From a virus: DNA of 45,951 nucleotides. Under the pieces are notes generated by a model, which saw only the letters and a program-made list of their open reading frames with translations, ran no database searches and was not told where the DNA came from. Of this stretch, positions 7,564-14,623 are shown piece by piece (positions within the stretch are counted from its first letter, which is position 1; each line of letters begins with the position of its first letter). A program made the position numbers and the translations under genes. The stretch lies in IMG/VR virus record IMGVR_UViG_3300045988_098044; one strand, written 5' to 3'.

Positions 7564-7992
7564 ATGTTAAATGCGGTAAATGTAGCACAGCAGGATGTAA
7601 ACAGTGGTGCAAACGTACTATTTGCGAATACACGATATAGTAGCAGACGTTGTACTTGTAATTATGGGTGGCTGAATCATGTAGAGGGGTCTGGTCTGTT
7701 TACGTTAACGAATAGATCAAACTGTCCTATGACTGTAGAGGTAGAATTTAACGGAAATGTATCCGCTAATGCAGTAGGAGCAACGGCACTTGCTGTAGAG
7801 CTTAACGGAGAAGCTATTGGTGGAACAGAAATGGACTATACAGTAGTTACAGCGAACACATTTCAGAACGTGGGAGCAACAACGGTTGTAACTGTACCAT
7901 CTTGCGGTAGCTTAATCGTAAGCATCGGAAATGTAGGAACAACAGCGGCAATAGTAAAAGATGCGAATATTATTATAAAGCGTATCTCTTAA
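7564..7992 (+). CDS. Cassette gene 4: C1q/TNF-like (BclA C-terminal-domain-like) beta-jelly-roll protein, putative
   Basis: ATG 7564 follows an AGGAGGGA RBS. The beta-rich pattern ..LFTLTN..VEVEFNGNVS..LAVELNGEAIGGT..VVTVPSCGSLIVSIGN..ANIIIKRIS resembles BclA_C domains. Confidence 0.45.
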   Translation: MLNAVNVAQQDVNSGANVLFANTRYSSRRCTCNYGWLNHVEGSGLFTLTNRSNCPMTVEVEFNGNVSANAVGATALAVELNGEAIGGTEMDYTVVTANTFQNVGATTVVTVPSCGSLIVSIGNVGTTAAIVKDANIIIKRIS

Positions 7993-8004
7993 GGAGGTGC
8001 GATC

Positions 8005-8595
8005 ATGATTGAATTTACAAACAATCTTGAAGTAACAAAAACAGAAGATATCTTTGACGAGATCAACAAAAGATATGTAGCGGCTATGATGATACACGGT
8101 CAAATGGCAGACTATTTCAATTTCTTAGGTTTGAAAGGCTACAAAAGATTACATGAATACCAGTTTCTTACAGAAAGTTTGGAAAGACGTGAAATATGCA
8201 GGTATTTTGTAGATCATCACGGCAAGCTTTTAAAAGATTCTTTTAGCGGTACTATAAAAGTGATTCCCGACTCTTGGTATACAGCCAGTAGACTAAGTAT
8301 CGGAAAATCTACAAAGCAGAAAGCCGTAGAGGATGGCTTTATAGAGTATCACAACTGGGAGAAAGAGACAAAAGAAGCCTATGAGAAGTACGCACAGCAA
8401 CTTAGAACGAACGGAAACGTATCGGATGCACTATTTGTAGAATGTCTGGTAAAAGACGTATCTAAAGAGCTAGAAACAGTTGAAAAGATGGTTACTGATC
8501 TAATCTCTGTAGGATACGACATGGTGTATATTACAGAGACACAGGACTGCATACATGAAAAATACAAAAAGAAGCTTAAGGAGGTCAAATTATGA
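8005..8595 (+). CDS. Cassette gene 5: ferritin-like four-helix-bundle protein, putative
   Basis: AAGGAGGTG RBS. By eye, MADYFNFLGLKGYKRLHEYQFLTESLERRE..HHGKLL and ALFVECLVKDVSKELETVEKMVTDL align to ferritin helices A/B and D. The metal ligands are not clearly conserved. Confidence 0.4.
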   Translation: MIEFTNNLEVTKTEDIFDEINKRYVAAMMIHGQMADYFNFLGLKGYKRLHEYQFLTESLERREICRYFVDHHGKLLKDSFSGTIKVIPDSWYTASRLSIGKSTKQKAVEDGFIEYHNWEKETKEAYEKYAQQLRTNGNVSDALFVECLVKDVSKELETVEKMVTDLISVGYDMVYITETQDCIHEKYKKKLKEVKL

Positions 8596-9014
8596 GTGAA
8601 ATCAAACATGTTCTGGAAGAACAGCTAGAAAGAGAAAAAAACTCAGCATTAAAACAGCTCACAACATCTAATCTTGATGCAATGTATAAGATTACAACAA
8701 CATTATGCAATCTGGAAAAGATGGAGCATGGAGACATAGCGGAAACCGTCATGGATGCAGGAGAGAATCTTATTAAGAAGTACAGCAATGGCAAGTATGA
8801 TAAAAATATAGATGCATTGTATGACAACTACTTAAGTGCTAAAATGGCATACAAAGAAAACGGAGATCAAGGACACCGTGATAAACTTATGGAATCGGTC
8901 GGTAGATTGATGGTGGAAGTGTATGATATGCTTTCTTCTATGGTTATTGATTCTGACTTTATGGACGAGAGAAAAGAGATACAGCGACAGATAAAGAAAC
9001 TTGCGGAAATGTAA
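8592..9014 (+). CDS. Cassette gene 6: helical 140-aa protein; function unknown
   Basis: AAGGAGGTC RBS; ATGA overlap with the upstream gene. Confidence 0.65.
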   Translation: MSEIKHVLEEQLEREKNSALKQLTTSNLDAMYKITTTLCNLEKMEHGDIAETVMDAGENLIKKYSNGKYDKNIDALYDNYLSAKMAYKENGDQGHRDKLMESVGRLMVEVYDMLSSMVIDSDFMDERKEIQRQIKKLAEM

Positions 9015-9026
9015 AAAAAGAGGGTA

Positions 9027-9055
9027 TTGAAACGGCATATTTTAGGGTTTACAAT
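9027..9055 (+). promoter_or_regulatory. Sigma-A-type promoter: TTGAAA, 17-nt spacer, TACAAT
   Basis: Read directly. The upstream AAAAAAAGAGGG tract is shared with the promoter at 5509. Confidence 0.5.
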
Positions 9056-9158
9056 AAATATGTAGGAATTATGCAGATTTGCTACAGCCTCCTTGTAAGT
9101 ACAGAGTTTTTTAAGCGTTTTTGGTTGCACGACAACAGGAAAAGAGTTCGAGGCTCGA

Positions 9159-9186
9159 GTGGGGTTCAAGTCCCCACATTTCTTTT
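9159..9186 (+). terminator. Terminator-like GC hairpin (GTGGGG-TTCAAGT-CCCCAC) followed by ATTTCTTTT
   Basis: 6-bp GC-rich stem and T-rich tail. It lies between the 9027 promoter and the scaffold gene. Confidence 0.4.
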
Positions 9187-9261
9187 ACCTTGACTTAGGT
9201 ATATAAGTCTTAATCCATTACCGCAGACATAGCGGTATACAAACAATGTAGGAGGATATAT

Positions 9262-9891
9262 ATGCAGAATTACGAACAGATTTTAGCAGAATTAGGAATC
9301 GAAATCCCAGAAGAGAAAAAGGCAGAGCTTAAAAAAAGACATGCCGAAAATTATAAGACTGTAGCTGATTATAATAAACAGGTAGAGAAAAAAGATGAAT
9401 ACAAAACATCTTTAGACGATGTACAGACCAGATTAGCAGAATTAGAGAAAGAAGATGTTGACGGTCTTAAGACTAAGATTACAACATTAACACAGGAGCT
9501 TGCAGACGAAAAAGAAGCAAGAGCAAAAGAAGCTAAGCAGACAGAGTTAAGAGACAAGGTAAAAGATTTCTTATCTGATAAAAAATTTGTAAATGCAATC
9601 ACAGAAGACTCTATCCGTTCCCAGATGATTCAGAAGTTAGAAGAAGAGAATGGGAAAAATGCAGAAGATGTATTTAAAGAACTTACTACTAAAGATGGGA
9701 AACCAATTGAGAACATCTTGGTTGACGAAAAGAAAGCACCAGCTCCTAATATCCCAAGCTTTACGACTAAGTTCAACAGCGGAGAGCAGAAAAAGGGAAC
9801 ACAGAAGTTAAGGGAAATGTCTTTAGACGACAGAATGAAGCTTAAGGCAGAGGACCCAGACTACTATGCAACCTTATTAAATGACAGATAG
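9262..9891 (+). CDS. Scaffolding protein (Phage_GP20-like)
   Basis: Charged coiled-coil protein of 209 aa, immediately upstream of the capsid gene; AGGAGGA RBS. Confidence 0.75.
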   Translation: MQNYEQILAELGIEIPEEKKAELKKRHAENYKTVADYNKQVEKKDEYKTSLDDVQTRLAELEKEDVDGLKTKITTLTQELADEKEARAKEAKQTELRDKVKDFLSDKKFVNAITEDSIRSQMIQKLEEENGKNAEDVFKELTTKDGKPIENILVDEKKAPAPNIPSFTTKFNSGEQKKGTQKLREMSLDDRMKLKAEDPDYYATLLNDR

Positions 9892-10013
9892 ATAATACCG
9901 ACTCACAGTATGGAAGTGAGCCGCTAACCTAAAAATCCCTTAATAGTTGTAGGTAGATGGGACAAAGATAAGTCCTTATCTATTCTTGTTTAGGGGTAGA
10001 AAGGACTTTTTTT

Positions 10014-11033
10014 ATGCCAAGAACAGGATCATTTGGTGGTTTTGATTTTGACCCAGAGGTTTTCGCTGAGTTTATGTCAGAAAACCCAACATGGAATGAT
10101 GCGATTATTGCATCTGGTGTGTTAGCACAGGACAATACAATCATGGACTTAATCGGAGAAAAAGGAAACGTTGCAACAATTCCTTTTTATACACCGATTG
10201 ATGAACAAGACTCACAGGCTTTGAACAACGATGGAGAAACAAACAATACACCTGTTGAAATAACAGGAAAGAAACAGACTTGCATGTTAATCCAGAGAAT
10301 GAAAGCTTGGAAAGCAAAAGACTTTACAAAAGAGTTAACAGGTGCAGATCCTATGACTCATGTTGCAAACTCTGTTGCAGGATTTTATAAGCAGGTAAGA
10401 ACACGTGACTTAATGACTACAGTTGATGCAGTTTTAAGCCTGTCTGGTATGGAAAACCATATTACAGACTTATCTTTAACTGGCGAGGGCACTGTAGGAG
10501 ATGCAAACAAAATTGATGATACAACACTTATCTTCGCACAGCAGAAAGCTTTAGGAGATTCCGCTGACAAGATGGGATTACTTGTATTAAACTCTTACAT
10601 CTACGCAAAATACAAAGCAATGGGACTTGTTGACTACAATAAATACACTATTGCTAACGCAGTAGAAAGAGAAGTAAATCTTCCTACAATCGGTGGATTT
10701 ATCCCACTGGTAACAGACAGATTTACAGTTGATACAACAGGAACAAACCCAGTATACAAAACTTATATGCTTGGTACAGGTTCAGTATTGACTTGTGATA
10801 AGACTAACTATGAAAATCCTTATTATACAGACTATGACCCAGAAACATCTGCCGGTATTGAAAAGCTGTATACAAAACAGGGTTATGTATTACATCCTAA
10901 CGGATTTTCTATTAATGCTAACAAGATTGCAAAAGAGTCTCCTACAAATGCAGAGTTAGGAGCTAAAGCAAACTGGTCTTTAGCATTTAACCAGAAGAAT
11001 ATCCGCATGGGTGTTATTAAATCCAACGGATAA
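10014..11033 (+). CDS. Major capsid protein
   Basis: 339 aa, follows the scaffold gene; sequence pattern typical of Firmicutes siphophage capsid proteins. Confidence 0.8.
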   Translation: MPRTGSFGGFDFDPEVFAEFMSENPTWNDAIIASGVLAQDNTIMDLIGEKGNVATIPFYTPIDEQDSQALNNDGETNNTPVEITGKKQTCMLIQRMKAWKAKDFTKELTGADPMTHVANSVAGFYKQVRTRDLMTTVDAVLSLSGMENHITDLSLTGEGTVGDANKIDDTTLIFAQQKALGDSADKMGLLVLNSYIYAKYKAMGLVDYNKYTIANAVEREVNLPTIGGFIPLVTDRFTVDTTGTNPVYKTYMLGTGSVLTCDKTNYENPYYTDYDPETSAGIEKLYTKQGYVLHPNGFSINANKIAKESPTNAELGAKANWSLAFNQKNIRMGVIKSNG

Positions 11034-11047
11034 AAAGGAGTGATTTC

Positions 11048-11551
11048 ATGGCAAATTATGTTGACTATGAATATTACAAAACCCTTTTTGGAGAGAAAGC
11101 AATCCCAGAAGCAGACTTTAATCGTCTGGTCTGGGATTCTTGCAAGAAGATAGATAATGCCACGACTGGTGTTGACAATGTGAAGAAACTTAAGATTGCT
11201 TTCCCAACAGATGAAGATGATGCGGAAGCAGTTAAAAGATGCGTTTGTGAGCTTCTGACGATCGCTTATAAGATTGAACAAGCAGAAGCAAGGATTGAAA
11301 CATCACAAGGCTACATCACATTAGAAGATGGAACTGTGATAAGTAAGCAGGTAGCATCTAAGAGTGCAGGAAACGAGAGTATAAGCTATGTGACTTCCAG
11401 TAACGCAGGTACGGCTACATTGATAGATAAGTGTCTGGCAGACAAAGAAGCACAGAAGCAACTATACGATGATAAGATAAGAGATTATCTGTCTGGCATC
11501 ACTGATGCTAATGGAGTTAACTTGCTGTACATGGGAATATATCCAAGATAA
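11048..11551 (+). CDS. Head-tail connector / head completion protein (putative)
   Basis: Position after the capsid gene; AAAGGAGTG RBS. Confidence 0.55.
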   Translation: MANYVDYEYYKTLFGEKAIPEADFNRLVWDSCKKIDNATTGVDNVKKLKIAFPTDEDDAEAVKRCVCELLTIAYKIEQAEARIETSQGYITLEDGTVISKQVASKSAGNESISYVTSSNAGTATLIDKCLADKEAQKQLYDDKIRDYLSGITDANGVNLLYMGIYPR

Positions 11552-11570
11552 AAACGGAGGGATACGATGT

Positions 11571-12023
11571 ATGTATAACGATACAATCACACTTTTTAAT
11601 AGGTATGAAAGTAAATTAGGAGATACATGGTATCCCTCTATTTTGCATAATACGAACCTAAACATGGATAAAGCAAGCATCGTTGCAAAGTACGGTTCTG
11701 ACTCACAGGACAATGCTGTATTAAACGTGCAGTATAGCCTAAAAAGCGGTCAAAAGATGGTAGGGAGTAAATTATGGCTACCTCCTAAAGAATGGTGTAA
11801 ACAGACGAATGATAAGCTGTCAGAAGCACTTACGTTTAGTTCTAAGGCGAATAGTTTTGATTTCTTTATCGTTGACGAATGGGAGAATGAAGAACCGATT
11901 GCAGAGTATGATTATATTGACGGATTCTACGAAGAGATGAAACTTAAGTATGATTATGTCTTTGCAATAACTGGAAGTGCCTTTTACGACATAATCCCGC
12001 ATTTTGAAGTAATGGCTAAGTAG
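11571..12023 (+). CDS. Head closure / head-tail joining protein (putative); start refined to ATG 11571
   Basis: GGAGGG RBS 8 nt upstream of 11571. The track start at 11505 overlaps the previous gene. Confidence 0.55.
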   Translation: MYNDTITLFNRYESKLGDTWYPSILHNTNLNMDKASIVAKYGSDSQDNAVLNVQYSLKSGQKMVGSKLWLPPKEWCKQTNDKLSEALTFSSKANSFDFFIVDEWENEEPIAEYDYIDGFYEEMKLKYDYVFAITGSAFYDIIPHFEVMAK

Positions 12024-12033
12024 GTGGTTATAT

Positions 12034-12501
12034 ATGGCTAAGAAGAAATTAGGAAATGTTAATGTGAATACACAAAACATGAAAGCTAATATCAGTCTGG
12101 CGAGATTCGATGAACAAATACAAAGTGCTCAATATTGGTTAGATAGTCAAGTTATGACCGATATGGTCCCTTATATGCCACACGAAACAGGCACGTTTAT
12201 AAATGTGACAAGGGCAAAAAGTGCTTCACTTGCAGGTACAGGAATGGTATGTGCAGGTACTGGACCGATGGGACGTTTCTTATACTACGGTAAAGGTATG
12301 GTTGATGAACTAACAGGCTCTCCATGGGCGAGAAAAGGTGCTAAGAAAGTATTAGTCACTGAATTTGCAGGACATACAAATGCAAAAGTTGACTTAAGCT
12401 ACCAGAATCCAAAAGCGACTCCAAAATGGTTTGAAACAGCAAAGAAGAATCACGGTAAAGCATGGGTTACTCATGTTAAGAAGCAGGCAGGAGGAAGTTA
12501 A
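12034..12501 (+). CDS. Minor capsid / neck protein (putative)
   Basis: Gene order; AGGTGG RBS. Confidence 0.55.
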   Translation: MAKKKLGNVNVNTQNMKANISLARFDEQIQSAQYWLDSQVMTDMVPYMPHETGTFINVTRAKSASLAGTGMVCAGTGPMGRFLYYGKGMVDELTGSPWARKGAKKVLVTEFAGHTNAKVDLSYQNPKATPKWFETAKKNHGKAWVTHVKKQAGGS

Positions 12502-13007
12502 TGGCAGAAGAAAAGAAACCAGTCAAGTACGACATTGATGGTTTTGACGTGATCACAACAGCATTGCAAGAACTGGTAAATCAATTCCCAGAATTAAGAG
12601 AGGGAGACGAAATTGCATTTTCTACATTAGATGATGCAAGCGGAAAAGCAATGTTCCCAGTAAGCGGTGCAGTGATTGAATCAGAAAAAGAGAGTATCAC
12701 TGGTCACGTTACACAGGTTTGTCTGTATCCATTTTGTGTGATCTACCGTATAAGCGGTGCTAATGCAAAACGTAAGGCAGACACGAAAGAGTGGTTGGAT
12801 AACCTTGGTAAATGGTTGGAAAAGCAAACAATCACAATTAAAAACAACACATATAAACTAGAAGAATATCCAGTGTTGACAGGCAATCGAAAGTTTTTAA
12901 CGATTGACAGACAAACACCTGCATATTTGGACAGTATAAACGAAAACAAGTCTGAGAATTGGGCTATCAATATTTCTGCCCGATATCAAAACGACTTTGA
13001 TAGATAA
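12501..13007 (+). CDS. Tail completion / terminator-type protein (putative)
   Basis: TAATG coupling with the upstream gene; lies immediately before the tail tube gene. Confidence 0.5.
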   Translation: MAEEKKPVKYDIDGFDVITTALQELVNQFPELREGDEIAFSTLDDASGKAMFPVSGAVIESEKESITGHVTQVCLYPFCVIYRISGANAKRKADTKEWLDNLGKWLEKQTITIKNNTYKLEEYPVLTGNRKFLTIDRQTPAYLDSINENKSENWAINISARYQNDFDR

Positions 13008-13074
13008 ATTAACTATTAACTGGTCTACGACATGATGTAGATCACTGACCTTGAAAAGATAAAGGAGAATCATA

Positions 13075-13614
13075 ATGGCAGTTACAACAGGTAAAATTGA
13101 CCGTAAGTATATGGCTCATTTCTTAGATGCAGGCTCTTTGTGCGGTGGTGAAACACCATCCTATGAACGTCTAGGAAAAGACTTAGAAGAGTACAATGTC
13201 GAACTTAATCCCGATACAGAAACAAGTAAAAATATTATCGGAGAATCTACATTCAAACACAACGGATATGAGGTTTCTTCAGAAGCCGACCCTTATTATG
13301 CAGAAGCTGACAGCACATTAAGCCAGAAGTTGCAGGAGATCATTGATAATCGTTACAAAGACGATAATCTGAAAACTACCGCAGTAGAAGTACACCTATG
13401 GAAAGAAGCATCAAGCGGAGCTTATGAAGCATACGCAGAAGATTGTTATATTGTTCCAACATCCTACGGTGGAGACACAAGTGGTTACCAGATTCCTTTC
13501 ACAGTTAACTACGCAGGAAACCGCAGAAAAGGTACTTACAACGTAACATCCGGGACATTTTCAGAAAGTGCTACACAGGACTTAAAAGACAACAGCAAAG
13601 CAGTTTTATCATAA
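13075..13614 (+). CDS. Major tail (tube) protein
   Basis: 179 aa, positioned upstream of the chaperones and tape measure gene; AAAGGAGAA RBS. Confidence 0.7.
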   Translation: MAVTTGKIDRKYMAHFLDAGSLCGGETPSYERLGKDLEEYNVELNPDTETSKNIIGESTFKHNGYEVSSEADPYYAEADSTLSQKLQEIIDNRYKDDNLKTTAVEVHLWKEASSGAYEAYAEDCYIVPTSYGGDTSGYQIPFTVNYAGNRRKGTYNVTSGTFSESATQDLKDNSKAVLS

Positions 13615-13629
13615 CAAGGAGTGCAGGAT

Positions 13630-14043
13630 ATGGAAGAACTTAGACGAAAAGTCAAAACTGGGGCATTAAATGTAATTTTAACGAATGAAAATGATGAGGA
13701 AATCGGAAGATTCTTATTCAACCCAGTTGATTTAAATATCATTAGAAGATATGAAGAGGTAGTTGCAAATCTTGAAAAGATGGAAGTACCAGAAGATGCA
13801 ACAGAAAAAGACATTCTGGAATTATCCGACAGATTAGAAGAACAGATTGATTACTTACTCAACTCTAAAGCTTCTAAATCTATTTTTGCTATCTGCAATC
13901 CGCTGACATTAACAGAAAGTGGAGATTTCTTTATTGAGAATATCATCGTTGAGATTGCGGACGTTATTGAGCAGGTAACAGATCAGCGAATTAAGAAGAA
14001 ACAGGCGAAGATCAAAAGAGCAACTTCTAAATATCACAAATAA
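13630..14043 (+). CDS. Tail assembly chaperone (putative); start refined to ATG 13630
   Basis: AAGGAG RBS at 13616..13621; acidic 137-aa protein before the Gp15-like gene. Confidence 0.6.
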   Translation: MEELRRKVKTGALNVILTNENDEEIGRFLFNPVDLNIIRRYEEVVANLEKMEVPEDATEKDILELSDRLEEQIDYLLNSKASKSIFAICNPLTLTESGDFFIENIIVEIADVIEQVTDQRIKKKQAKIKRATSKYHK

Positions 14044-14619
14044 ATGGAAGCCTGGGAACTTCCAACATCCATAGTAGTTGGTGGCATTAAGTACGATATT
14101 CGTACAGATTTTCGAGCAATTTTGGATATATTAAAAACTTTTAATGATCCAGAGTTTGAGAACGATGAAAAGTGGATTGTTGCTCTTACCATTTTATACA
14201 TTGATTTTGACGAAATGCCACCGCATGACTATGAAGAAGCAAGAGAAAAAGCCATCGAATTTATTGACATGGGTATAAAAGACGATGGGAAGAAAAAACC
14301 GCACACAATGGACTGGGAACAGGACGGTGCGGTTATTATTCCATCGGTTAATAGGGTCTTAGGAAGAGAAATCAGAGCCATGCAATATCTTCATTGGTGG
14401 ACTTTTTTGGGAGCTTATATGGAAATCGGAGAATCCTTGTTTTCACAGATTCTTAATGTTCGCATAAAGAAAGCGAAAGGAAAGAAACTTGATGACTGGG
14501 AACGTGATTTCTACAAAGAGAATAAGAATCTTATTGATTTAGACGTTAAATACACCGAAGAAGAACAAGCAGAAAGAGACAGACTTAATGCACTTCTTAA
14601 TGGACAGAAAGGGGTGTGA
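14044..14619 (+). CDS. Phage Gp15-like tail assembly protein
   Basis: N-terminal pattern LPTSIVVGGIKYDIRTDFRAILDIL is typical of the Phage_Gp15 family; lies directly upstream of the tape measure gene. Confidence 0.6.
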   Translation: MEAWELPTSIVVGGIKYDIRTDFRAILDILKTFNDPEFENDEKWIVALTILYIDFDEMPPHDYEEAREKAIEFIDMGIKDDGKKKPHTMDWEQDGAVIIPSVNRVLGREIRAMQYLHWWTFLGAYMEIGESLFSQILNVRIKKAKGKKLDDWERDFYKENKNLIDLDVKYTEEEQAERDRLNALLNGQKGV

Positions 14620-14623
14620 TTGA

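Noticed and set aside
9100-9190. tRNA-like T-arm (GTGGGG-TTCAAGT-CCCCAC) that might indicate a second tRNA, a tmRNA fragment or a second att site
   Set aside because: I could not build an acceptor stem (no complement to CATTTCT/ACATTTC within 100 nt), a 7-nt anticodon loop or a D arm. It is more simply read as a GC hairpin plus T-rich tail, that is, terminator-like.
13630-14619. Expected programmed -1 frameshift (G/GT type) in the tail chaperone genes
   Set aside because: The two chaperone-position genes are simply adjacent (TAA then ATG at 14041..14046). There is no overlapping extended -1 frame and no slippery heptamer at the 3' end of the first gene.
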